The notes beneath the pieces are model-generated. The model was not told where the DNA came from. It searched no databases and saw only the letters and a list, made by a program, of their open reading frames with translations. A DNA stretch of 64,000 bases from a virus (lineage: Duplodnaviria > Caudoviricetes), in IMG/VR virus record IMGVR_UViG_3300037247_001786, positions 396,979 through 460,978 of that record; one strand, 5' to 3'. Every line of letters begins with the position of its first letter. The first letter of the stretch is position 1. Below are positions 37,599-47,337 of the stretch, piece by piece. The translations under genes and the position numbers were made by a program.

Positions 37599-39426
37599 AT
37601 GGAGAACAAGATGAAATACTCGAAATACGTTATAGTAGAAGAAGAAGTCGAAGGCAAAGATAATGTTGAAACGGCAATACTTTTTGAAAAGTTTTTAGAA
37701 CATAAAAAAATAGCAAAAGGATTTGACAAAATACTATCAGCAGGTTTTTTTGCAGAAGTTGTTGAGAATCAAGATGTTGACGTAGTCGTATGGGGAGCGA
37801 GTACCTCCTTAAACATAGGGATTAGAGATATAGATCCAATTATAATCAAAAGAATATTAATAGGAGCAAATTAAGATGAGTCTAGAGACAAGAGCGGGAT
37901 TATTGATGTACAAAGGAACTCTTTCAGAATTATCTGATGAGGAACAAGCAAAGATTAAAAAGTGTGCCGATCAACTCAGAGAAGTAACTGACGCAGCTGG
38001 CGAATGCGGTGAAGCGGCTCTTATATTGGTAGGATTAGAACTTTCTGATGAACTCTCATGATAAAGTGGTTAAAAGAAAAATTCAAGATTGTTTACTGTA
38101 ATGAATGTAGCCATTATGGTAAAAAGGGTCTATGGTCTGGAGATCATTACTGTAACGCTCATCCTCACACGTATACAGTTAAGATGAACTCGGGATCATT
38201 CATTAAACGCCCAAAAAAGGAAGAAGTAAAAAGTCATCTTTTTTGTAAAAATATAAAGAAATTCCCTTGGTGTTTTAAATTCAAGAAAAAGGAGAAATAA
38301 ATGGAACATATATTATTTAGTAAAGGTATAGCAAGCATCGCGGTCTGTGCAGCTGGTGCATATTGTATGAGGATTACAGGTGGAGATACAGGCATTGGTT
38401 GGGCTATTATCGGTTTATGCATTATCTGGGGATAAGATATGAATGAAAAAAGTAAAAAAGAAAGTATAGATAATTGGGAAAAGATGATGGGTCAGGTTCA
38501 TTCATCTAACATAGACGCATTTATGACAGATGAACAAACGACTGATATTAAATTAGCCAAATCTATAATAATACAACACCAACGTTACATTAAATCTCTG
38601 GAAGAAAGACTTGTTACCCGAGCAGAAGTAGAAAAACAATATGCTAAACGATTAGCAGAAAATAATATTTGTTTTGATTGTGGAACAGTTGATGGACCTT
38701 GTGACTGTCCATTCGGATAAAGGAAAAGAAATATGAGTGACGAAAAAATAGAAAAAACAGATGTAGAAAAACTCAGAGAAAAGATAGCTTATGCTCTAAA
38801 AAAATTAGAGGACAGTCGGATTTCATCAGAAAAGGAAGCAACAAGACATGCCGTTAATTTGGCTAAATACTTCGCAGATAAAGACGATAGAGGTAAACAA
38901 TTACAAAAAGAATACCATTTAAAATATCTTATTGCCACAGCAGAGGCAGGAGCTTTTCAGTCCGCTATCTATCAAGTTGAAATGGGATTACAATACGGGT
39001 AAGGGATAATGACATGTTTGAATTTATTAAAAAACTTAAAAATGAATTTCATGAATATTGTTGTTCTGGAATTGCCAAAAAAGAAACTGAGCCTATCGAT
39101 GAAGAGCAATTCACTATTGGTAGTATTTGGATATTTGAAGAAGCGAACCCATTCCAAAGATTTAAAACAGAGATAAAAGATGTTCGAGAAGGACATGTTT
39201 TGTATCGTCATTGTATAAGTACCTCGATTTTTCAAAATGAGAGTTGCTCAATGGAACGATTTCTTTATATGTATAAAAAGGAAAAGAAATGAATAACAGT
39301 AAAAAGCAAAAAAAGAGTATATATATCATCAAAGATGGTAAAAAAATAATAGAACCAGAACTTGCTAAATATATAACAAAAGTTGTCAGTGCACACAATA
39401 AAGCAAGAATGAAGCCTATAAAATAA
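37599..39426 (+). CDS. run of small hypothetical ORFs (37599-37874, 37876-38061, 38058-38300, 38301-38435, 38439-38720, 38733-39002, 39014-39292)
   Basis: tightly packed with SD sites; no recognisable domains. Confidence 0.65.
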
Positions 39427-39468
39427 TTTTTTAGAGGAAAGTGATTTATTTTATGGTATAATAAAGTT

Positions 39469-39540
39469 ACCTCGCAAGGGACAAACATCTTCGGATGCCC
39501 CCTTGTCGCCGGGATTCTTCGGATACCCCGGTTTTTTTTT
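39469..39540 (+). ncRNA. candidate small RNA with two cUUCGg hairpins
   Basis: CATC-TTCG-GATG and CCGGGATTC-TTCG-GATACCCCGG plus T9, just downstream of TGGTATAAT. Confidence 0.5.
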
Positions 39541-39549
39541 GGAAAACAT

Positions 39550-39798
39550 ATGAAGAATTGGCAACTATTAAAATGTTTATATACTTACACGGGCTTGACT
39601 TATATCGAGATAGAAGATCCCGATAGATGGAATAAGCATCTTGAAAAGTATCCAGAGGACACAGACGGCATTGGTTGGATATTAGGTACGGTTATTGATG
39701 TTGACCATATGCCTAATAAGGTAGCAGTCAAGGTAGAACTGGAAGGGCGAAAAGAAAATCTTGAAGCAGTATTAAAATTGATTAATGAAGCAAATTAA
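39550..39798 (+). CDS. hypothetical protein
   Basis: 82 aa ORF. Confidence 0.7.
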   Translation: MKNWQLLKCLYTYTGLTYIEIEDPDRWNKHLEKYPEDTDGIGWILGTVIDVDHMPNKVAVKVELEGRKENLEAVLKLINEAN

Positions 39799-39810
39799 AT
39801 GAAAGATTAA

Positions 39811-40554
39811 TTGATGAAGAAATTTCTAACAAACTTACTCTGCAAAACCGTTCTCTCTGTATTTATTGGCATTATCCTGCTTTGGTCATTCTCTCCTGAA
39901 TCTACTCAAACAGAACAACCGATAGTTGGACCTATTCAAAAAACTTATTGTCTTACATTCAGTAATGGTTATAAAACATCTTCCGATTACTACATGACAG
40001 AGGAAAGAGCATCCCTTTATGTTAAGCTTCTCAACGAGTGTCCTATTACTTTAAAGATCCGTACTTATAAAGAATATCAGAAACAATACGTTTCCAAAGT
40101 TGCTAAAAAGTATAAAAAAAATGCAGAAAAATTTGCGGGGAAAAATACAACTGGTCATCATGTCATGGGTTTGCCAGTCGAAGGTTGGCCTAATCATTTT
40201 ATTTGGGTCAGAACCCGTCCCAATCCCCATGAATTAATGGGAACATATTTTCATGAATTAGGTCATAATAAATGCCACACAAAGAGATGTAATCATAACA
40301 AAGATAATCTTTCTGAATATCATGCGATTATTAATGAAATGAAGTTAAGTATGAAATATGATCTTCCAGAAGTTATAACAAGTTCTTTTGAGAAATATGA
40401 AGGATGGTTAGATCGCTTAGACTGCTACCATACTTATCAAGAATATGCTGATGCTGTTCTTAAAATGCAGGATTCTAAGTTATGGGATAAGGTAAAAGAC
40501 TTTTCTAATAAACATCATCTTAAAGTACCGACATTTAAAATGCCAACTGAATAA
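39811..40554 (+). CDS. secreted/membrane-anchored zinc metalloprotease-like protein
   Basis: N-terminal hydrophobic signal; FHELGH (HExxH). Confidence 0.7.
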   Translation: MMKKFLTNLLCKTVLSVFIGIILLWSFSPESTQTEQPIVGPIQKTYCLTFSNGYKTSSDYYMTEERASLYVKLLNECPITLKIRTYKEYQKQYVSKVAKKYKKNAEKFAGKNTTGHHVMGLPVEGWPNHFIWVRTRPNPHELMGTYFHELGHNKCHTKRCNHNKDNLSEYHAIINEMKLSMKYDLPEVITSSFEKYEGWLDRLDCYHTYQEYADAVLKMQDSKLWDKVKDFSNKHHLKVPTFKMPTE

Positions 40555-40560
40555 AAAATG

Positions 40561-40598
40561 CGGCACAAGAAAAAAGGATTTATGAGTTTTTCATCGAA
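40561..40598 (+). promoter_or_regulatory. class 3 promoter-like motif CGGCA-N9-AGGATTT-N12-TCGAA
   Basis: same spacing repeated at 41646-41683. Confidence 0.5.
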
Positions 40599-40634
40599 TG
40601 TTTAACTATCTTAATTTTAATATAGGAAACATAT

Positions 40635-41057
40635 ATGAGTTGGTATAAGCAATCACAAGAGCAACCAGTAGACTTTAATCCCAATGTGGAGGTTCCAGCC
40701 CTAGTATCTCCTCCTAATCCTTTAGATGGCAAGACTCCTGCTCAGGCTCGAAGTTTCGCTAATAAAGCGATTCCTCATGACTTAATAAAAGGTTTTTTCT
40801 CTGATGATAGTTGGCAAGGAGTTCAGCAAATATGGACTGCTCTGAACCAATCGGGTTTAAACTGGAATATAAGTGAGAGCAACTATTATCCAACTAGCGA
40901 TGGTCATCCTATGGGTGGGAAAAATTGGGGAATAGAAGTCCACTATACAGACAAGAAGGGCAAACCAGCCAAAATCTATGGCAATGTAACAGCTGCAGGA
41001 GCTGGTAGTGTCGAGAACCCATTAGAAAGATATGACGTTGTAGCATACTTCTTATAG
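40635..41057 (+). CDS. hypothetical protein starting MSWYKQSQ
   Basis: N-terminal tag shared with the next gene. Confidence 0.85.
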   Translation: MSWYKQSQEQPVDFNPNVEVPALVSPPNPLDGKTPAQARSFANKAIPHDLIKGFFSDDSWQGVQQIWTALNQSGLNWNISESNYYPTSDGHPMGGKNWGIEVHYTDKKGKPAKIYGNVTAAGAGSVENPLERYDVVAYFL

Positions 41058-41066
41058 GAGATAGAT

Positions 41067-41465
41067 ATGAATTGGTACAAACAATCACAATTTGACGTTA
41101 ATTCTAAGAAAGAGTTAGCTTATGAACTATTGGAATGGCATGGAGGTCAAGGTAGTCCTTTATATAGTGTTGGTTCATCTTGGACAACTGATCAAGAAGT
41201 TTCCTCTGAAACTATTGAGTGGGCAGTTCAGGAATTAGAGAGTAATATTCATGGTCAAGATGCTTATCCTGTTAGTGAACGTCAGAAAAACATCTTTACA
41301 TTAAGAAGTTTAATTGGTAGATTAGAGGATGAATTGGGTCAGCAGAAAGCCCATGAACAATCAGATATGGAAGGTGAGCAAGCATCCTATGAAGCTGAAA
41401 TGGGTAGAGATACTCATAAAAATTATGGCGATGGATATAGTGTAGAAGATACAAGTATAGGATAG
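41067..41465 (+). CDS. hypothetical protein starting MNWYKQSQ
   Basis: AGGAG SD; shared N-terminal tag. Confidence 0.85.
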   Translation: MNWYKQSQFDVNSKKELAYELLEWHGGQGSPLYSVGSSWTTDQEVSSETIEWAVQELESNIHGQDAYPVSERQKNIFTLRSLIGRLEDELGQQKAHEQSDMEGEQASYEAEMGRDTHKNYGDGYSVEDTSIG

Positions 41466-41510
41466 ATATAAATACCCCCTCACTTCTGTTCCTTTTTTGG
41501 AATAGAGATT

Positions 41511-41543
41511 AGACCGGAACCCGAAAGGAACTGGTCTTTTTTT
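41511..41543 (+). terminator. intrinsic terminator
   Basis: AGACCGG..CGAA..CTGGTCT plus Ts. Confidence 0.75.
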
Positions 41544-41714
41544 ATTGCCGCAAAAAAGTGATTTATTTGATTTTTTATTATATCCAAAAAAATTTTCCGT
41601 GACTAGTGGAGGATATTAGGGCAAGATGGTTTATCTTTTCCTTTTCGGCAAAAAAAAGTAGGATTTGGCAATTTATTGTCGAAGTATATTTATTGAATTA
41701 TATAAGGACATATT

Positions 41715-43769
41715 ATGAATATAAAAAAGTTTTTGCATAAGATAGCTCAAATGGCAGATTTTCAAACTCCTGTGGAGCCAGTAGTAGAGCAACCTCAACC
41801 AATTCCTCAAGAAGAACCTGTACTTCAAGGTGTTCCTCAACTTGGACCTCAAGCCCCCGAGATGGCTCCAGTAATGATCCAGACAGATGTTGCGGAATGG
41901 AAACCTAGTAGAGGTCGTAACAAAGGCACTGCCTACTATTATCTCCAGTTAATGAATGTTCCTTCAGGTCCTATAAGTGAACATTTTAAAGTTTTAGGGT
42001 ATAAATTCAACAACAAATTTAATGTATGGTCGAAACAGGTTAAACATGATAATGTTTTAGGCGTTGAAGCCGAACTGAATGAAGTATCACAACAATTTAA
42101 TACTCCTATTTCTATGGATGCTATCGCAAAATTACAAGATATATTTGGTTTTTCTGGTGACACTTCTACAGAGATAGGTGGCGATGACGCTGCATCTGAT
42201 ATTCAAAAAATTAAATTCATGGACGTTGAAGATAAAGAGAAATTTGCCATAGCTAAAGATGTAGTTAGGCAGAAATTAGTGGAGATAGTAGATAATATAG
42301 CTACTCCTGAGACTCAAGCTTTTTTAGATCAACTTACAAGTCTTAATAATAAATTTTATAAATATAGCCGTTTAAATAGCATGTTAATTGCTTGGCAAAA
42401 TGCTGGCATTGATCCTACTTCTGGAAAAGCTGTTCCTCGTTCAGGAACTGTTTCTTCTCTTGGGGCTTGGGATAAAAAATTTGGTAGAAAGATTAAAGAT
42501 GAAGAAGTAGGTAAAGGAATGGATATCTTTGTTCCAACAGGTGGAGGTACTAAACCAGTACAGCCAGCTACTATGGCTACTCTTTTAAATGGGATTAGTA
42601 GATTTATGGGAATGAATGGTGGAGATGCTCCATTAGAGGGTGAAAACATTGCTAAGTTTTTAGGTTTTATGAAGAGCCTTATTGCAAACAGTAAAAAAGA
42701 TTTTGGTAAGGGTAAGATATGGAAAACTAATTACGATTATATGCTATCTGTTATAAATAAGAATAGGGACAGTATTAAAACTGTTAATCAATTAGCTGGT
42801 TATTTAAAAGGTAAGTTAGATAGTGGTGAAAAGGATGAATATTCTGCTCCTTTACGATTTAAAATAGGTCCAGTATATGATATGGAACAAACGGAAGTTA
42901 TTCCTGGTCAAGAAGATAAAGATCCTAAAGCAGAGATGGATAGAGTTGAGGGGATGTGGTTAGGTCAGAATAATAGTCCTGACGAGAGAACTATCTCTAT
43001 TAGGGATTTAGCTATGAAAGCAGCAGGAAATGGTAAAATATGGAAAGGAAAAAATATCACAGTTGGTCTTGATGAAAATACAGGTAGAGCTGGAGGCCGG
43101 TCAACAGGAGAAGAAATTCAAATTAGCGACAAAAGTGTTGGAGAGAGAGAACTCTACACCCTTATGCACGAATTAGCTCATTCAGTTCTTCATTTTGGGG
43201 ACAAAAGGGCTATGAGTACTTCAGAAGAAAGAGAAACTGATGCGGAAGGGGCAGCTTATGTAGTAATGGGTCATTATGGATTTACTAACAGTAATGAAAG
43301 AACATATAACTATCTTGCGAATTGGACTCAAAAAAATAAAAATGCAAAAGATTTTATTATGACAAGATTTGAGCCTATTTTGGAAGCGGCGAATGCGATT
43401 ATTGCTGGTATAGAACAACAAAAAATGGAAGATTACGGTAGCAGAACTGCTTCTAATTGGTATAGTAGAATAGTCCTATCAAAGATATCAGATACAGGAG
43501 AAGGTATTTATATTAAATATGCTCATTATTCTGAGCCAGAACAAAAGGGCGAAGGCAGAGGTGGACCTGGTCAATTTGGAGAAAGACGTTTAGACGATTG
43601 GTCAAGTGATCATAGAGAAGAGATAGCTATAATGACAGCAATTGTAAAAAGACAAGACTGGACAGCTTTTGAACAATATAGACAAAAGCTGTTAAACCAC
43701 TATGAATCTCCTTATAACCAGCAAATAGTTAATAGCATTGTTTCTGCTGCCACGCAAGGAAAAATATAG
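41715..43769 (+). CDS. ArdC-N ssDNA-binding plus zincin-like metallopeptidase (polyvalent-type) protein
   Basis: FYKYSRLNSMLIAWQ..F..GPVYDMEQT; TLMHELAHSVLH..ETDAEGAAYVV. Confidence 0.8.
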   Translation: MNIKKFLHKIAQMADFQTPVEPVVEQPQPIPQEEPVLQGVPQLGPQAPEMAPVMIQTDVAEWKPSRGRNKGTAYYYLQLMNVPSGPISEHFKVLGYKFNNKFNVWSKQVKHDNVLGVEAELNEVSQQFNTPISMDAIAKLQDIFGFSGDTSTEIGGDDAASDIQKIKFMDVEDKEKFAIAKDVVRQKLVEIVDNIATPETQAFLDQLTSLNNKFYKYSRLNSMLIAWQNAGIDPTSGKAVPRSGTVSSLGAWDKKFGRKIKDEEVGKGMDIFVPTGGGTKPVQPATMATLLNGISRFMGMNGGDAPLEGENIAKFLGFMKSLIANSKKDFGKGKIWKTNYDYMLSVINKNRDSIKTVNQLAGYLKGKLDSGEKDEYSAPLRFKIGPVYDMEQTEVIPGQEDKDPKAEMDRVEGMWLGQNNSPDERTISIRDLAMKAAGNGKIWKGKNITVGLDENTGRAGGRSTGEEIQISDKSVGERELYTLMHELAHSVLHFGDKRAMSTSEERETDAEGAAYVVMGHYGFTNSNERTYNYLANWTQKNKNAKDFIMTRFEPILEAANAIIAGIEQQKMEDYGSRTASNWYSRIVLSKISDTGEGIYIKYAHYSEPEQKGEGRGGPGQFGERRLDDWSSDHREEIAIMTAIVKRQDWTAFEQYRQKLLNHYESPYNQQIVNSIVSAATQGKI

Positions 43770-43789
43770 AGGATTTTTAACCTCGATAT

Positions 43790-44146
43790 TTGAATATATT
43801 ATATATGAAGATTGAATATATTAAAACAATTTTTTATATAGTATTAGGAATTATAGCTCTTGGAACATCTGTTCTTACTATTGATAAATATTTTGCAAAA
43901 GATAGAGAAGTAAAATTAGTTGCGAAGAGATTAGAGATTTCCATACACGATAGTGAAGTCTTCCGACAAGAGCAGCACATACAACAACTGCACAATTTCC
44001 GAGTTTTTGAACAAAAGAAAAAAGGCACTGAACTTACGGATATAGAAAAAGACACTTTTGATAAAGCTGATAAAAGGTTAGAAAAATTAGAAAAAGAAAA
44101 AGATATAAAAGTTAAACAATATGAAGAGATAAAAAACTCCTTTTAA
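43790..44146 (+). CDS. membrane-anchored coiled-coil protein
   Basis: N-terminal TM; start could be 43805. Confidence 0.7.
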   Translation: MNILYMKIEYIKTIFYIVLGIIALGTSVLTIDKYFAKDREVKLVAKRLEISIHDSEVFRQEQHIQQLHNFRVFEQKKKGTELTDIEKDTFDKADKRLEKLEKEKDIKVKQYEEIKNSF

Positions 44147-44310
44147 TAGGTCGTTTTTATCTAATCTTTTATGTTCCCTAATGGGGTGAACACTCTGGTA
44201 ATTTAATTATCAGAGTGTTTTTTATGATCTAAATAAAAATAATCCTTGAAAGTGATTTTATATATAGTAGAATAAGGGAACAAAAGAAATACAAATTTTA
44301 AGGAAATAAA

Positions 44311-45240
44311 ATGAGTGGATATACAGCAGGAATTGATATAGGCGATACAGTCTTTTTTGATGGTGAAGAAAAAATAGTAAAAGCTTACTTTTTTACATCT
44401 AACGGAGGTTGTCATAATAGTGATATCATTTGTATAGAATTTGAAGATGGCACTGATAACGGAGATACTGGTTTATCAAAAATCAGTAAGTTTAAAATGA
44501 ACGATGATCCTAAATGGAAAGATCCTAAATGGATGGAAGAGCTTATGGACGCAGAAGATAAAGCATTCGCTGGTGGCGTACTGGATGACGGTACAGTTAT
44601 TCCTGCTGGCGTTGGAGCAATAAGCCCTAAACTACTCGAACTTATTAATAGAGGTCTGGATGTCGGAGTAAGCGACTTCGTAAAGAAGAGACATTTAGAA
44701 GAACTTCAATTCACTCATTTCGATGGTAGTTGGGACGACCTTGTTATAAGAACTAAAGAGCAAATGAAGTTGGGCAATTGGTCTGAAGGCTACAGGGATG
44801 GCGTTCGTCTTATCCATATGAGCAAAGAAAACAGTAAAGATTTCTACGGTTACGATGGTTTCAAAAAATTCGAAGGCATGAAGATGGAAGCTGTCGTTGA
44901 AAAAGTTCCTGGTCGAGAGCATGAACCGGCAAAACTTCAGATAAAGATACTTGAGAATAAGATTCGTATGCGTTATGTTGATATAATTCTTTACCGCAAG
45001 GACGTTCTCGAAGAAGATGGCGATCCAGTAACGGGTGCTGATTGGGAAGTCATATCTATTAATGGTAGACTTCGTAAAGACCCTAATCCGATGAATCCAC
45101 TAACAATGGTTCGTAACTATAGACATCTTCCAGGTGGTTCATCTATGCCTGATAAAGATCCTGTAGAATTTCTTGATGAACTTATGGATGCAGTATTGCA
45201 TGATAAAGGTATGAAACATTTAATTAAAAGGAAAAAATAA
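44311..45240 (+). CDS. hypothetical phage protein
   Basis: 309 aa; downstream of class 2 promoter 44246. Confidence 0.85.
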   Translation: MSGYTAGIDIGDTVFFDGEEKIVKAYFFTSNGGCHNSDIICIEFEDGTDNGDTGLSKISKFKMNDDPKWKDPKWMEELMDAEDKAFAGGVLDDGTVIPAGVGAISPKLLELINRGLDVGVSDFVKKRHLEELQFTHFDGSWDDLVIRTKEQMKLGNWSEGYRDGVRLIHMSKENSKDFYGYDGFKKFEGMKMEAVVEKVPGREHEPAKLQIKILENKIRMRYVDIILYRKDVLEEDGDPVTGADWEVISINGRLRKDPNPMNPLTMVRNYRHLPGGSSMPDKDPVEFLDELMDAVLHDKGMKHLIKRKK

Positions 45241-45686
45241 TGGGAACAGATTGGCACAGTTACGCAGTAATAGGATTTGAAATTAATGTTGAGAAACTTT
45301 ATACTGTGAGAGATATAAGAAGTTGTCGTTGTGTTGTTGAATTCGATGAGAATAAACCTCCTAATTTTTGCTCTCTTTGCGGCGAAGACTTTATGGAGGA
45401 AGAAAGATGTCCTATCGACGACTATGATGAATATGATAAGATAAAAGATTTGGCTATTGCTTTTGGTACAGACCAGAGTACAGCCTTTATCGGTACTATT
45501 TCGAGAACAACTTCTAATGCATGTTTCGATACAAGAAATAGAGACAAAAGAGCTTTTTTAAAAATAGATACTGATGTAGAAATAACGAAGCAAGCGATTA
45601 AGAACTCCCTTGGCGATGAACTATTTAATACTCTCGTAAAGCCAGATACATTCGGGCTTCATTCTGTTCTCTACTGTTCTTACTAG
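45240..45686 (+). CDS. Zn-ribbon protein, paralog of 34502-34969
   Basis: PPNFCSLCG. Confidence 0.75.
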   Translation: MGTDWHSYAVIGFEINVEKLYTVRDIRSCRCVVEFDENKPPNFCSLCGEDFMEEERCPIDDYDEYDKIKDLAIAFGTDQSTAFIGTISRTTSNACFDTRNRDKRAFLKIDTDVEITKQAIKNSLGDELFNTLVKPDTFGLHSVLYCSY

Positions 45687-45693
45687 GAAAATA

Positions 45694-45999
45694 ATGGAAC
45701 TTTATGCAACACATAATGGTATAGATGTTTATTTCTCTAAATTCGAAGATGATAAGGGAACTGAGTTCTGTAAAGCAAGAAAAAGGATAAGAGGCAAATA
45801 TGACATATGCCCGTTTTGTCAAAAAGATGTGAAAGAAGGAACGATTTATCTTCTATTTAATAATTGGAAATTATTTCCGAATATTATTATTCACTTTCCT
45901 TGTTGTAATGGATTTCCGTCAGGACAAGCTGCTGTGAAATATTTGCATGAAGATTATCAAAAAGCATTAAAACATAAACATTGGTTTAATAAAGAATAG
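45694..45999 (+). CDS. hypothetical protein
   Basis: CPFC motif. Confidence 0.7.
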   Translation: MELYATHNGIDVYFSKFEDDKGTEFCKARKRIRGKYDICPFCQKDVKEGTIYLLFNNWKLFPNIIIHFPCCNGFPSGQAAVKYLHEDYQKALKHKHWFNKE

Positions 46000-46027
46000 G
46001 TAATTTAATAAAGTAAAGGAAAAAGAC

Positions 46028-46693
46028 ATGAAGAAGATTTTAACATTAGTATTAGTAACAGCTTGTTTAGTGTTGGTCGGATGTGACGATTCTAAACCTA
46101 CGCAATGGGACGTTATTAAAGATGCCGACTGGGAAATTTGGGCAGAAGGGAAACTAACCGGCATTACTAAAGCTCCCGATCCTAGATGCGGAGATGACGA
46201 TAACGAGTGCAGTAACCATCCCTTTATAGATCATTATGTTTTTAATAATGAGAAAACTGTCTGTATTCGCTTGATGAGAAATCCTGGGTTAATGTCTATT
46301 GGTCAAACTGGAACTTTATATAAGTACACTTACTACAGCAACAGTAAGGATGTCCATGCATGGTTTCAGTGGATTCAAGATAGGAGTGTTCCTGTCTCAA
46401 AACCAGATAACAAAACTAATATTTCCGCGAAAAAAATATCTATTCCTACAAATAAAGATAATTATCTTCGAATTCAAATTGATAAAGAAGATAGCGAATG
46501 GAATCTTACTTCGAGCGGAAACCCAGAGAGATATACTCCCGTTTTGATTAAATTTAAGAATGATACTTTATCTCTTGGTTATATCAACAGTATTAATGAG
46601 TGGAAATTGAGTATTAATCAGCGAGAAGATGAAGGCGGAGAAACGATAACTAAGAGCCAAATTATTTTTTGGAAAAGTGTTGACATTCGTTAA
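46028..46693 (+). CDS. putative lipoprotein
   Basis: MKK, hydrophobic stretch, LVG-C lipobox. Confidence 0.8.
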   Translation: MKKILTLVLVTACLVLVGCDDSKPTQWDVIKDADWEIWAEGKLTGITKAPDPRCGDDDNECSNHPFIDHYVFNNEKTVCIRLMRNPGLMSIGQTGTLYKYTYYSNSKDVHAWFQWIQDRSVPVSKPDNKTNISAKKISIPTNKDNYLRIQIDKEDSEWNLTSSGNPERYTPVLIKFKNDTLSLGYINSINEWKLSINQREDEGGETITKSQIIFWKSVDIR

Positions 46694-46703
46694 GGATTGT
46701 GAT

Positions 46704-47333
46704 ATGATGACTATAGATGAATTAAACGACCAATTAGCTGATTGCAAAAAAGGGGATCATGACTTAAAGGTCATTGTTCAAGAATCTTGCCTCAATGCCG
46801 CTGGCTACGTTGTAAGATGGTGTAAGATATGCGGTTCTGTTGTTGTGGATGCAGAATGCGATAATAGAGTTTATCCTGGACGAGTTATGAAAATGATTGG
46901 ACCAGGACTTTATCAGGAATTTAGAAAAAAGACAAAAAAGTACAAAAAAGTTTTAGTTATCGACCATGACAAATTTAGTTCTGGAGATATGAAGTTCTTT
47001 ATAGAAGATGAGGGGCATTCTTGTACTGTTTGCTCTGATACTAATAACTTTATGGAATTATGGGATAGTATCGAAGAATTCGATTTAATATTTATTGAAC
47101 TTATGATGCTCAGAGGTAAGAACTTCTTTACTCTCAAAAATAATGAAAAAGATTTAGATACAGGCGAAATTATTTTCAAGAGAATTAGAAAAAAATATCG
47201 CAAAAAAGAAATCGTAATTGTTACGGCTAAAAATAAAGAAGATATTTCTATAAACACAAAAAAAGTATCGATAATACATAAACCATTAAATGATGAAAAA
47301 TGGGAAAAATTCATAGAATATTTAAAAGGATAG
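46704..47333 (+). CDS. protein with C-terminal atypical response-regulator receiver domain
   Basis: KVLVIDHD, DLIFIELMM, IVIVTA, IIHKP. Confidence 0.7.
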   Translation: MMTIDELNDQLADCKKGDHDLKVIVQESCLNAAGYVVRWCKICGSVVVDAECDNRVYPGRVMKMIGPGLYQEFRKKTKKYKKVLVIDHDKFSSGDMKFFIEDEGHSCTVCSDTNNFMELWDSIEEFDLIFIELMMLRGKNFFTLKNNEKDLDTGEIIFKRIRKKYRKKEIVIVTAKNKEDISINTKKVSIIHKPLNDEKWEKFIEYLKG

Positions 47334-47337
47334 AATT

